A DNA stretch of 64,000 nt, taken from IMG/VR virus record IMGVR_UViG_3300035208_004867. One strand, given 5' to 3'. This DNA comes from an uncultured virus (IMG/VR IMGVR_UViG_3300035208_004867) (lineage: Duplodnaviria; Heunggongvirae; Uroviricota; Caudoviricetes). Below are positions 20,897-30,966 of this stretch, piece by piece (within the stretch, counting starts at the first letter, position 1; each line of letters starts with the position of its first letter). Position numbers and translations under genes: made by a program. The notes beneath the pieces are model-generated. The model saw nothing but the letters and a program-made list of their open reading frames with translations, was not told the origin of the DNA and did not search any database.

Positions 20897-21337
20897 GTGA
20901 AAAAATTTGTATGTGTATTATTGATTTCCTGTTCCCTGCTTTACGCCTATGACATGTCACGTATCTATGCCATAGGTGATAAAGCCGGAGTTCCGCGTTC
21001 TGTTGTCCGCGCGCTCATGCACGAGGAGTCAAAAGGAAAAGAAGATGCCATAAGTAAAGATAAAGTCGACGGATATCACAGCAAAGGTTTATTCCAGATT
21101 TATGAGAAACCTAAAAATCTAAACTGGTTGTTATGGAAATTCTGGGATAAACCGGTTTCTAAATTTGATATTTACGATGCATATGACAACGCAACCGTCG
21201 CGCTCAGTTATTTGTCATGGCTGCACGACTGGCAGGGAACATGGTATAAAGCGTTGTTGTTTTATAATCACGGGGATACCGAAACTGCAAGTGAAAGAAC
21301 AAAAGCGTATGCTAAAAAAATAATAAACGCAAAATAA
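20897..21337 (+). CDS. Lytic transglycosylase (SLT) with signal peptide
   Basis: ALMHEES catalytic Glu, GLFQI, ALLFYNHG; N-terminal KKFVCVLLISCSLLYA. Confidence 0.85.
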   Translation: MKKFVCVLLISCSLLYAYDMSRIYAIGDKAGVPRSVVRALMHEESKGKEDAISKDKVDGYHSKGLFQIYEKPKNLNWLLWKFWDKPVSKFDIYDAYDNATVALSYLSWLHDWQGTWYKALLFYNHGDTETASERTKAYAKKIINAK

Positions 21338-21350
21338 AGAGGATGCTACA

Positions 21351-22265
21351 ATGCTGAATAAATCAACTGGAAATATGTATACGTTCATAACGCATACTTG
21401 GAACACTGTTAAAGGTGAATGTTATCATAACTGCTCATATTGCTATATGCATCGATGGGGAAAACAGTCACCAATTCACTTTGACGAAAAAGAATTGAGA
21501 ACCAATCTTGGTAAAGGAAATACTATTTTTGTTGGTTCTTCATGTGATATGTTTGCTGAATCAATACCAGAAAAATGGATACTTGACACATTAGGAAAAT
21601 GCGCGAATTATCCAGATAATAAATATTTCTTTCAAAGCAAAAATCCTAAAAGAATGATACGGATGCTGAAAAATGCTCCCTTTGATTACTGTGTATGTAC
21701 AACTATAGAAACAAATAGAAATTATCATGAAATAATGAATAATTCACCTTCAATATCAGAAAGAATGCTTGCTTTTTCGGCAAACGATAATATTGAAAAA
21801 TATGTAACTATTGAGCCTATTATGGATTTTGATTTGCAGGAAATGGTTGAAATAATAAAACGGTGTAATCCTATACAGGTTAATATCGGCGCTGATTCTG
21901 GACATAATAACCTGCCTGAACCATTTAAAGAAAAAACACTGGCTCTTATAGAAGAGCTTGGCAAATTCACTTTTATAGCAAATAAGAAAAATCTAAACAG
22001 AATAATTAAAACTACTATAATGAAAAATAAAATAATGCGTTATAGACCTACTTTTTGTGAAGGTTTTGAAGAAGAAGTTGTCAAATTTTCTACGACTGAA
22101 GAATTGTTAAAAATTCCTTTTGTAAAAAATTTTGAAACTAATAAGTTTCTGCATTTTGCCATTGATGAATGCACTTTAATTGCTGTTTATGAAAATGGAG
22201 AATGTTGGGTAGTGGGAACTATTGATGATGCATTAAAAGTTAATTTGCCAAAATGGGAAGGTTAA
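21351..22265 (+). CDS. Gp37/Gp68-like (DUF5131) radical-SAM-type protein fused to an extra C-terminal domain
   Basis: TWN.VKGECYHNCSYCY CxxxCxxC motif, IFVGSSCDMF, QSKNP, TIEP. Confidence 0.8.
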   Translation: MLNKSTGNMYTFITHTWNTVKGECYHNCSYCYMHRWGKQSPIHFDEKELRTNLGKGNTIFVGSSCDMFAESIPEKWILDTLGKCANYPDNKYFFQSKNPKRMIRMLKNAPFDYCVCTTIETNRNYHEIMNNSPSISERMLAFSANDNIEKYVTIEPIMDFDLQEMVEIIKRCNPIQVNIGADSGHNNLPEPFKEKTLALIEELGKFTFIANKKNLNRIIKTTIMKNKIMRYRPTFCEGFEEEVVKFSTTEELLKIPFVKNFETNKFLHFAIDECTLIAVYENGECWVVGTIDDALKVNLPKWEG

Positions 22266-22267
22266 AA

Positions 22268-22480
22268 ATGAAACGCAGTGAACTTGAGAAATATCTTGGA
22301 CAGCAGGTAACTGTTACGCTGTTTGACGGAGATAAAATAATAGGAGTGTTATACAAATATCCGGACGATCCGAGATATGACAGAAATTATTATACATGCT
22401 GTTCAGCAGCGAATACCGGAAATCTTTTACATTTCCGTTGCTCACATGTGACGAAAATTGATAATATTTCAGCTACATAA
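22268..22480 (+). CDS. Small Sm/LSm-like protein
   Basis: LEKYLGQQVTVTLFDGDKIIGVL (Sm1-like) and FRCSHVTKI (Sm2-like). Confidence 0.45.
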   Translation: MKRSELEKYLGQQVTVTLFDGDKIIGVLYKYPDDPRYDRNYYTCCSAANTGNLLHFRCSHVTKIDNISAT

Positions 22481-22553
22481 GTGGGTATTTATTGACCCGT
22501 TGACAATTAAATAAAACATGGATAAAATGATTTATGGACGGAAGGTAAGTAAA

Positions 22554-22754
22554 ATGAAATTAAAAGAAATTAAAAAAGAAATTAATGAAAAAAGGGAGAT
22601 TATTTGTGCCGAGATTAAAAAAACAGGCACAAACGAAGCAGCACGGAAAGTTGGATGTCGTGCGTCGTATATAAGCCGGGTATCGAATGGCTATGTAACA
22701 TTCCGGCTTGACAGCATGATAAATATTGCCGATAAACTTGGGATGGATATCTGA
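22554..22754 (+). CDS. XRE/Cro-type HTH regulator
   Basis: EAARKVGCRASYISRVSNG...IADKLG. Confidence 0.75.
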   Translation: MKLKEIKKEINEKREIICAEIKKTGTNEAARKVGCRASYISRVSNGYVTFRLDSMINIADKLGMDI

Positions 22755-22897
22755 TTTTATTTTTAAGGACGGTTAAAATGGACGGATTTATTGATGGTCC
22801 CTACGTTGTAGGGGAAAAGATTGCATACGGATACGATATTTATACAGTAACATTAAGCAGGATAGATGCCACGCCTTCAGGCTGGCATGTGAACTGC

Positions 22898-23302
22898 TTA
22901 TCCCTGATTTTCTATATAATGTTTCAACGTCTTATCAGAAACAACTCCTATTGAAGAACAGAAATAACCCCTAGTCCACAGGTGATGTTTACCGCTCCAG
23001 TAGAAAGACTTCATATAATCATTATGTTTCATCCATACGTCACTGGTTGAAACCTGTTTAAGGCTTCTTATAATATCACAGACACGGCATGAAGGCGTTG
23101 CGGATATCATAAAATGTATGTGGTCATAATCTGTTTCCATAACTTCTATTTTCCACTTATCCTGCATCGATTCAGCCCTTCTCATTGAAGAAACAACATC
23201 ATCCTTTATCATATAAAGACATCTTTTTCGGTATTTTGTAGAAAATATGATATGATATCTTATTATGAATTTTTCATGATTAAGCGTATGATATCTGTCC
23301 AT
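22898..23302 (-). CDS. tnpA: IS200-type Y1 HUH transposase
   Basis: YHIIFSTKYR, DHIH, LWTRGYF, YIENQ. Confidence 0.96.
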   Translation of the reverse strand: MDRYHTLNHEKFIIRYHIIFSTKYRKRCLYMIKDDVVSSMRRAESMQDKWKIEVMETDYDHIHFMISATPSCRVCDIIRSLKQVSTSDVWMKHNDYMKSFYWSGKHHLWTRGYFCSSIGVVSDKTLKHYIENQG

Positions 23303-23390
23303 ATATCAAATATAACGTATGTAGTATAATTTGTCAATATATATATGAATGTACTTGACATTTTCTACTAACTTATAGTATATTATTTAT

Positions 23391-24677
23391 ATGGATGCAC
23401 GGGAAGACAAAAACAGACATATAGCAGAAACTATAAAGCATACGTATGAGAAACGTGCAGAGCAGATATGCCGTGTCTTCACTGTCAAGGTTCAGGATAA
23501 CAAACTGTCCAAAAGACAGCGAGAACAGCTTAAGATGATGTTCGTTGAAGCAAAGTGGCTTAAAAACTCAATACTTGCATGGTCAAATAATAACCCTGAT
23601 AACAAGATATGGGACTATGATACAAAACAGAACGTAATAACACATAAAGATAAAGATATGCATGATGTAGAAGTAGAACTTAAATATATTCCTGCATCAG
23701 TTAAGCAGTGTGTTCAGTCTGAAATGATAGCAAATATAAGGACTATAAGTTCATTGAATAAGAAAGGATTGCAGAAAGGAGGAAAACTTAAATTCGTAAG
23801 CGAAGTTAAGTCACTTAACTTTAAACAGTACGGCAAGACGCATAGGATAGTATCATCAAAGAGGATAAAGTTGCAGGGTGTCTCTGGTACGGTTACGGTT
23901 AACGGTATGAACCAGTTTTATGGTACTGACGTTGAATATGCCAATGCAAAACTGCTGAATACACCTCTTGGGTATTATGTGCAGTTTACTACATATCAGG
24001 CAAAAAGCAGTATTGTAAAGAAAGAAGACAATGGTAAAGTTATAGGTATAGACTTCGGGTGTTCTACTGCCTTTACGACAAGTGAAGGGGAAAAAATACC
24101 TGCGTCAATTCAAGAAAGTGAACGTATAAAGCGTCTTTCAGCAAAGATGAACAGACGTCAGATAAAAGGTTCAAAGAACTGGTACAGGACAGTAGGACAG
24201 ATAAGGAAAGAATATCAGAAGATGACAAACCGGAAGAACGATCTTGCCAATAAGATAACTGCTTATTTCAATGAATACAAAACCATTGTTATTCAGGACG
24301 AACAGCTTTCAAACTGGATGAAGGGCAACCACGGAAAAGCGGTACAGCATTCAGTTATGGGAAGAGTAAAGGCTAAACTTATGCTCAACCCTAAGACTAT
24401 AGTACTTTCAAAAACTGTGCCGACTACAAAGTTGTGTACTTCATGCGGTCAGTATCATGATGATATGAAGGTATGGGACAGGACGTTCACATGCGGATGC
24501 GGAGTAAACATGGACAGGGATGTTCATGCCGCACTTGATATGGTATGGTTTTATGAGCATAATGTAGGTGTGGGACACACCAATTTCAAGCGTGCGGAGA
24601 TGGAAGCTCTGGTTTTAAGTGCTTTAAGTACCGGGAACCAACTTGCGTCTGTGAAACACGAAGCTGACTGTCTTTAG
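23391..24677 (+). CDS. tnpB: RNA-guided endonuclease TnpB
   Basis: GIDFG (RuvC I), IVIQDE (RuvC II variant), CTSCG..CGCG zinc finger, DRDVHAA (RuvC III). Confidence 0.93.
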   Translation: MDAREDKNRHIAETIKHTYEKRAEQICRVFTVKVQDNKLSKRQREQLKMMFVEAKWLKNSILAWSNNNPDNKIWDYDTKQNVITHKDKDMHDVEVELKYIPASVKQCVQSEMIANIRTISSLNKKGLQKGGKLKFVSEVKSLNFKQYGKTHRIVSSKRIKLQGVSGTVTVNGMNQFYGTDVEYANAKLLNTPLGYYVQFTTYQAKSSIVKKEDNGKVIGIDFGCSTAFTTSEGEKIPASIQESERIKRLSAKMNRRQIKGSKNWYRTVGQIRKEYQKMTNRKNDLANKITAYFNEYKTIVIQDEQLSNWMKGNHGKAVQHSVMGRVKAKLMLNPKTIVLSKTVPTTKLCTSCGQYHDDMKVWDRTFTCGCGVNMDRDVHAALDMVWFYEHNVGVGHTNFKRAEMEALVLSALSTGNQLASVKHEADCL

Positions 24678-24713
24678 GCTGTCAGTAGTTCACTGTCTTA
24701 TTACGACAGCAAA
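24565..24713 (+). ncRNA. Cis omega/reRNA of the IS with flanking guide TGTCTTATTACGACAGC...
   Basis: Overlaps the tnpB 3' end and the right end, as established for IS605 elements. Confidence 0.75.
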
Positions 24714-24790
24714 AAACGTCTTACTGGAGAAGAAACACTTTTCCAGCACAGAATAAAAAGAGTGATTTTTTTCTGAATAATATTAGGATG

Positions 24791-24820
24791 TTATACGGAA
24801 CCGTATAAAATATGTTGGAT
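24791..24820 (+). repeat. Degenerate attC-like palindrome plus GTTRRRY core
   Basis: TTATACGGAACCGTATAA-AATAT-GTTGGAT; 26 bp identical to 33491-33516. Confidence 0.55.
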
Positions 24821-24879
24821 GGACGCTTTAGCCGCACAAGCAGCGGGCGCTTATGCGGACAGACCGCAAGGAGAAAAGC

Positions 24880-25431
24880 ATGGAAGTAATAAAAATGATT
24901 CCCTACGAAGAAGCTGACAAGCTCGTTGATAAATACGGCGAAACCATCGGTGGCCTCGGCGGATATTTTGCGGATGGAATGCGATGGAAAGACTATGCTG
25001 AAATGTTTACAGAATCCGGTAAAGAATATGCTGAGGCATTCAGGAAATACATCTTAGAAAAAAAACTCAAACATGGCGGCGATTGGCACCAAAACAGCCC
25101 GGAGGGTGCTCCGCTTTTCAGCGACGGGAAAGCCGCTACTTTTTCATATCGTGCATGGGGCGATATTATGGCCGCTATCTGGTCAGAAAAAGAAAACGTA
25201 GATTACAACTATATGAGCTTTTATATGGATTGCACAATGCAAACCAAAGGCAGCATAATGAGGAAATGGAGCACGAAAGCCGTTTTCGCGCCGCACAGAT
25301 TACCGAAGAGCTTTCCATGTTTTCGGCTCTTAAGCCATCCATACAGAAAGAAGGCAATATGTGGTGCGTGCTTCTTGGTAAATCACCTCTTGAGGCGATT
25401 TGCAATTTTAACAAGGCATATGTATTTTTAA
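24880..25431 (+). CDS. Hypothetical protein, probably cassette-derived with a chimeric 3' end
   Basis: AAGGAG RBS; 3' part overlaps a different gene remnant in another frame. Confidence 0.55.
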   Translation: MEVIKMIPYEEADKLVDKYGETIGGLGGYFADGMRWKDYAEMFTESGKEYAEAFRKYILEKKLKHGGDWHQNSPEGAPLFSDGKAATFSYRAWGDIMAAIWSEKENVDYNYMSFYMDCTMQTKGSIMRKWSTKAVFAPHRLPKSFPCFRLLSHPYRKKAICGACFLVNHLLRRFAILTRHMYF

Positions 25432-25476
25432 AATACATAGACAATTTAACAACTGCTACAAAATAGGTGGTAAAAA

Positions 25477-26181
25477 ATGATTAAACTTAGCAGATTGCTG
25501 CCGGATACAAAAGTAATCAGTGATGAAGATCCATCAGGATTGTACGACGCCGAGGATTTGGAAAGACCTGATTTTGATAAATCCGGTCTTAGGTTTTTTG
25601 TTGCAAATAAAGTGAATCAGCAAAGCTTATCAAGATGCGATGTCAAGTATTTATTTGATATCGGCGAGGAACGTGACGGATATGACGGACAGGCGCAAGA
25701 CTGCATTGATTCAATATCCGATAAAGAAATGAATATAATTCTTGGTATTCTTAACCATGCGATTGTGCAGTGCCCGGCATATACCGGAGGTGAGGAAATC
25801 GATGGGCTTGCATTTACTAAAAACCAGACTTTGCATGGAGAAGGCGCCACAAGCAAAACTGCAATTAATGATTTAACGGATAAAATAAGTGATAAGGCAG
25901 TGTTTTATAAAAATAATACCTTATGTGTACCAAAACTTTCCCATGTTACCAATGATATTGATTTTATCTGCAAGCAGACTGTACAGCCTCACAAAGGTAA
26001 AACAAAAGTACTGGATTATGTGATACAAGATCTGCAGTCACGCGCTGAAATGGGAAAGGAAAAGTACGGACATTATCTTGAAACAAATAACGGAAGGAAT
26101 GCACTGCAGGATGCTTATGAAGAGGCTCTGGATATGTGCATGTATCTGAAACAAAAACTTCTTGAGGAAAAGGGTAAATAA
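25477..26181 (+). CDS. Mosaic protein with C-terminal all-alpha NTP-pyrophosphatase-like domain
   Basis: DLQSRAEMGKEKYG..L....GRNALQDAYEEALDMCMYL. Confidence 0.6.
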   Translation: MIKLSRLLPDTKVISDEDPSGLYDAEDLERPDFDKSGLRFFVANKVNQQSLSRCDVKYLFDIGEERDGYDGQAQDCIDSISDKEMNIILGILNHAIVQCPAYTGGEEIDGLAFTKNQTLHGEGATSKTAINDLTDKISDKAVFYKNNTLCVPKLSHVTNDIDFICKQTVQPHKGKTKVLDYVIQDLQSRAEMGKEKYGHYLETNNGRNALQDAYEEALDMCMYLKQKLLEEKGK

Positions 26182-26550
26182 TGAAAATAAATAAAATACT
26201 TTTTGAGGTTGAAGAAGATGACGGGCATTTGGTAGCACTTGAACGTATAAAAACAGAAAACGTATCCGTGAATAATCATTGCGACGGCTGTCATTTCAAG
26301 AATGCCAGGGATGCCGATAAATACGGCCGGTGTCCGATGATTGAAACTGGTATGAAAATATGTCAGATAGGATATATTTTTAAAGATACAAAATGACATT
26401 TTTAACAATAATTTTTATAATTGCTGCTGTTGTTATTCAACAGATTAATTTTTCGATTATAAATGACGAGTTAAATGGAATATTAGAAAAACTTAATGAA
26501 AAAGATACAGATGAACAAGAAAAACATATTGACGTTCAAGGGTGAATAAA

Positions 26551-27132
26551 ATGAAAGAAGTCGGAAGGCTGTTTAGTACTGATATGGTACATGCAATTAT
26601 GGACGGAAGGAAGTTTTATACCCGCAGACTGATAAAAAAATTTCCGTGCACCGGTTATAAATGGGCCGGATGGATCACTGATTCTACCGATGGTAAAGAA
26701 ATCGGAGATGCGGTTATTGTTCCGGAGAATAAGGAGGTATATGATCATACGAATGCAATTTATGCAAAACCACCTGTTGCAATCGGAGATAGAATCTATG
26801 TACGGGAAACGTGGTCAAAAGACAGCAACGGTACCATTGTATATCGTGCTGACAAAATGTTTGATGAAATGAAAACATTTGACTGGGACTGGTGTCCATC
26901 TTTATTTATGCCGAAAGCATATGCCAGAATATGGCTAGAAGTTACAAACGTGAGCGTTGAACTGATTAGAAATATAACCGACATGGAAGCAAAGCTTGAA
27001 GGTTTTTATGATTGTGATCAGTTTTTAAATTATATGTTTACAAAATACTTGAAGGAGCAGACAGATAATGCTGTAAACAGCATCTTAAACAGCTGGGTGT
27101 GGGTAATTGATTTTAAAAGAATTGAACATTAA
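26551..27132 (+). CDS. ASCH/PUA-like phage protein
   Basis: MVHAIMDGRK..TRR, GDRIYVRETW, PSLFMPK..ARIWLEVT, WVWVIDF. Confidence 0.8.
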   Translation: MKEVGRLFSTDMVHAIMDGRKFYTRRLIKKFPCTGYKWAGWITDSTDGKEIGDAVIVPENKEVYDHTNAIYAKPPVAIGDRIYVRETWSKDSNGTIVYRADKMFDEMKTFDWDWCPSLFMPKAYARIWLEVTNVSVELIRNITDMEAKLEGFYDCDQFLNYMFTKYLKEQTDNAVNSILNSWVWVIDFKRIEH

Positions 27133-28371
27133 TATAAATGGATGAAAAAAGAAAATACTGTACAAATTATATGGGATGAAAGAGAGAAGCAGCCAATAAA
27201 AGATTTGAGCAGGCAGTATTATAAGTTGGCATGTGCATTGTTGAATTTTGCAGTATCCGAATCCCATATAAAAGACAGAAAATATATAAGCGAATATATA
27301 AAACATGATGCAGATTATTTTCTGACAACAAAAGGAGAAGGAGGAATGTATGATCTTTGTATGGATATAATTTCAATGTATGAAGGAAAATATAAAAAAG
27401 AAGACATAAAATTAAGCACGGTTGTTAACAATATTATAAACAATGAATAGAATTAATTACCTGTTGTAAACAGGAAGGACGGAAAAATGATACCTGATAA
27501 GACAGTAAGAAAACTGCTTAAAAAGCAGACAAGAATTGAGGTCGCAGAATACCTTACAAGAAAACATGGTTACACTCTTGAAAAGGCTGTGAAGCAACTT
27601 AAAGAGGTAGCGGTTAATGAAGCTGAAACCAGTAAAATTTCGTAAAAATCGCCGGATACCGTATGAATATATTTACGGAAGATTTATAGAAAAAGCGAAA
27701 TCTTTCTCTATAAAAGAATTATCTGAATTAATTGACCGTAAAGAAAAATGGATTGAATGGTATGTATACGACGGTAAAGAACGTATTACGCGGCGTCTGC
27801 TTGAATCGTTGTGCAGAAAGCTTGATATACCTGTAAGCGATCACAGCGGACACAGATCCACAGAAAATAAAATTTTTTTGTACTGTGACTGTGGAAATGA
27901 ACTTATGGCATCCAACTCTTTTGTATCGGATAGTTATGACAAAGACTGGAATAATCATGTCCTTTTCAAGTGTTCAAAATGTGGAAAAGAACTTGATTTT
28001 GATTTTGATGTTCCTGTTCCATTAAGATGGGCGGAAGACGGAGGATATGAAGATGATAATTCCAGAACCAGTAATATATAAAGATGTAAAATTATGTGAT
28101 GGTGACTGCAATAACTGTCAGATAATTAGACATAAAAATTCAAGAATGCTGACTAAAATATTCAATCAGCTTTATAACGAATTAGGAGATAAGGTTTATG
28201 AAATTGTGCAAGGTAACTGTCCTAATATGACATGCTGTTACGATTGCCATATTGACGATTTTTGCCATACAGCAGGTTGTAAACTTTGCAAATAATATAG
28301 ACAAAAGTTTTGCAAAATGATAATGTAAGTGCGAATAAGAAGCAGGACGGTGCCGAATGTTCACAACCAAG

Positions 28372-28452
28372 AGGTATTATATCAGGCGTCAAACAGGAAG
28401 TCTTCACCTTCCTCCGGCTACCGTCCAGCCATTGACGCCTGTTATGATACCT
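28372..28452 (+). ncRNA. C4/CI-like antisense RNA 2
   Basis: Long closing stem plus hairpins GGAAG-TCTTCAC-CTTCC and GGCT-ACCGTCC-AGCC, then a T-tract; upstream TAGACA-17-GATAAT promoter. Confidence 0.65.
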
Positions 28453-28665
28453 TTTTTATTTTAGGGAGGACGGTATGAGTGAATTTTGTGAATGGAAGCA
28501 GGTCGGTTTTATGTTTTACCCGGACTGCTGCCAGAAGAAAAACAAAGACATCCAAATGGGACAGACTGATACCGAAGTTTTCAAGTTCTGCCCTTTCTGC
28601 GGTAAACAGATAAAGCCGATAAATTTTGAAGGTAAAGAGATAAAGTTTGTCTCAAGAGGTAAGAA

Positions 28666-29259
28666 ATGAAACTGATTTATATTGATACAGAAACAACGGG
28701 GACGGACACCGAACATTGCGCGATAACGCAACTTGCCGGATGCATTGTTGCTGATGGTAAAAGTGAAGACTTTAACTTTTTTATGAAACCTTTTGAAGGT
28801 GCTCTAATTACAGATGAAGCGCTTAAAATCCAGAACAAAACATGTGAAGAAATAATGAGTTATTCTTCAGACAAGAAAACGTTTGTTGATTTTACTTCAT
28901 TACTCGGCAAGTATATAGACAGGTATGAAAAGTCTGATAAATTCTTTTTCATAGGATATAATTCGCGGTTCGATTCTGATATGATCCGTAACTGGTTCAA
29001 ACGTAACGGAGACAATTATTACGGTTCATGGTTCTGGATGCCGGATATTGATGTTATGGCACTTGCAGCACGTGCGCTTATAAACATCCGTAATACTCTG
29101 CCTAATTTCAGACTTGAGACGGTTTCAAAATATCTGTTTCCGAATGATGCGGATGTTCAAAATCCACAATTTCATGATGCGCGGTATGATATTCTTATGA
29201 CACGTAAAATAATGCAGATTATAGGTGTAGGAATAATCAAAAAGGACGGTGAAAAATGA
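28666..29259 (+). CDS. DEDDh 3'-5' exonuclease
   Basis: IDTETTG, GYNSRFD, FHDARYD. Confidence 0.92.
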   Translation: MKLIYIDTETTGTDTEHCAITQLAGCIVADGKSEDFNFFMKPFEGALITDEALKIQNKTCEEIMSYSSDKKTFVDFTSLLGKYIDRYEKSDKFFFIGYNSRFDSDMIRNWFKRNGDNYYGSWFWMPDIDVMALAARALINIRNTLPNFRLETVSKYLFPNDADVQNPQFHDARYDILMTRKIMQIIGVGIIKKDGEK

Positions 29260-29529
29260 CAAGTCACGAATTAGCTAAAAAACTATTAGAGTTACCAGAT
29301 TTACCAATAGCAACCCATGCTGACAATAATACGTATATGTCTTTGGAAGACAAACGTTTTGGTATTGAAAATTGTAATATAGGTTTATTAGAATCATATC
29401 TTGGGCAGCATATTGTTATTGGTAATTTTTACCATGCTGATATAAACAAGCCTAATTGGTATGTTTCAAAAATGTTTTACGGTCATTTAGATAAACTAAA
29501 ATAAATGGTATCAAAAAATTAAAAAAGGG

Positions 29530-29700
29530 TTGTCAAAAGTCGAAGATACAGAAGATTTATGCCATGAGATAGGGCATGTTATAGACTGGTATTTAAGCTC
29601 TGGTAAACAGCCAACGGAATTAGATATTAGAGAAAGAAATGCAGATACGATAGGTAATTATTTATCAGAATTATGTTTAGAAGAGGGAAGTGTAAAATAA
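29530..29700 (+). pseudogene. Zincin (ImmA/IrrE-like) fragment
   Basis: CHEIGH...ERNAD in a short frame without a good start. Confidence 0.45.
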
Positions 29701-29955
29701 TTTATATTTTTGCAAAAGATGAACAGTCAGCAAAGAAATATGATTGCGGAGGGGTTGAATTCAGGTATGCTGATTGTATGAATGTGAGAGGTAGAGCAAT
29801 TACCGATTATGATAGGCTGGTATTCTTAAATGGATGGGAAGAGAATTTAGAATATGATGAATATTTCTTCAATTCTTTTATGCCATGTTTAATAAGAAGT
29901 GAGATAAACAGAAATGCTTTTATGAACGCATGGGAAATTGATAAGGGTATAAATA

Positions 29956-30306
29956 ATGGACGAACCACAACTTGAGCTGTTTGAAAATCTTCCGGTAAAA
30001 ACAAAAGGAAGAACCATTGATGAATCTTTTGCAGAATTTGACGAAAAGAATCCGCATGTGTACCGCAATCTTGTAAAGCTCGCGTGTCAGTGTAAAAGTT
30101 CAGGACGTAACGTTGTAGGTATTGCGCTGCTGTATGAAAAGCTCCGGTGGGATTACATGATACAAACTGATGGTGAAGATTATAAACTACCTAACAACTA
30201 TGCTTCCCGGTATGCAAGAAAAATAATGGCAGAGAACGAAGAACTTGACGGGATATTCAGGACGGCGGCTTTAAGACCGAAAAAAGGACGTAAGTATGGA
30301 AAATGA
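29956..30306 (+). CDS. Conserved phage hypothetical protein
   Basis: FDEKNPHVY...YEKLRW...YKLPNNY.SRYARKIM. Confidence 0.7.
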   Translation: MDEPQLELFENLPVKTKGRTIDESFAEFDEKNPHVYRNLVKLACQCKSSGRNVVGIALLYEKLRWDYMIQTDGEDYKLPNNYASRYARKIMAENEELDGIFRTAALRPKKGRKYGK

Positions 30307-30952
30307 AATAAAAGGTAAATGTTTCTCAAAATGTGACAGAGGGCAGCGGAATAAACATGATTTTTATCAGACTCCGTACAGTATGACAAGACAGTTCCTT
30401 GACAGAGTAGTAATCCCTGACGGATCACTTATTCTTGAACCATGCTGCGGGAACGGAGCAATAGTTAACATTCTTAAAGAGAGAAATTTAAATATAATAA
30501 ATCATGATCTTTTTGTTGATGGTATAGATTTTTTAATTTATGAAAAAAAGTCTGATTATATTATCACTAATCCGCCGTTATCACTTTCAACGGAATTTAT
30601 TCTTCATTGCAAGAAGGTCGCAGAAAAACAATTCTGCCTTTTTATGCCGATAGAATATCTTCACGGGGAAGAAAGGTATAAGAAAATATACAGTATAGAC
30701 GACGGTTATCCACTTACTGATATATATGTTTTTACCAGACGTGCAATGCTCACCGATGAAGTAAGACCTGACGGAATGTATGATACCGGAATGGTAACGT
30801 GGGCTTGGTTTGTGTGGACAAAGATTGGCATTCAAAGAATACAAGGTTCCATTGATGATAAAAGAACATTTATCCCAAACCCGTCAATCCACTGGATAGA
30901 TAATAACGATTTTGTCATAAGAAACGGAAGAAGACGCTTGACAAAAGAGTAA
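30296..30952 (+). CDS. DNA amino-methyltransferase (NPPL variant)
   Basis: DFYQTP, ILEPCCGNG, IITNPPL, AWFVW. Confidence 0.85.
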   Translation: MENEIKGKCFSKCDRGQRNKHDFYQTPYSMTRQFLDRVVIPDGSLILEPCCGNGAIVNILKERNLNIINHDLFVDGIDFLIYEKKSDYIITNPPLSLSTEFILHCKKVAEKQFCLFMPIEYLHGEERYKKIYSIDDGYPLTDIYVFTRRAMLTDEVRPDGMYDTGMVTWAWFVWTKIGIQRIQGSIDDKRTFIPNPSIHWIDNNDFVIRNGRRRLTKE

Positions 30953-30966
30953 ATCAGATTTATTAT
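30938..30966 (+). promoter_or_regulatory. Sigma70 promoter for the ncRNA locus
   Basis: TTGACA-17-TATTAT. Confidence 0.8.

Larger units (their letters stand above)
22857..24693 (+). mobile_element. IS200/IS605-family element (divergent tnpA and tnpB)
   Basis: Left hairpin ATGCCACGCCTTCAGGCTGGCAT; right end GAAGCTGACTGTCTTTAGGCTGTCAGTAGTTCAC; removing the element restores an ORF across TTAA|TG (left boundary inferred). Confidence 0.9.
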
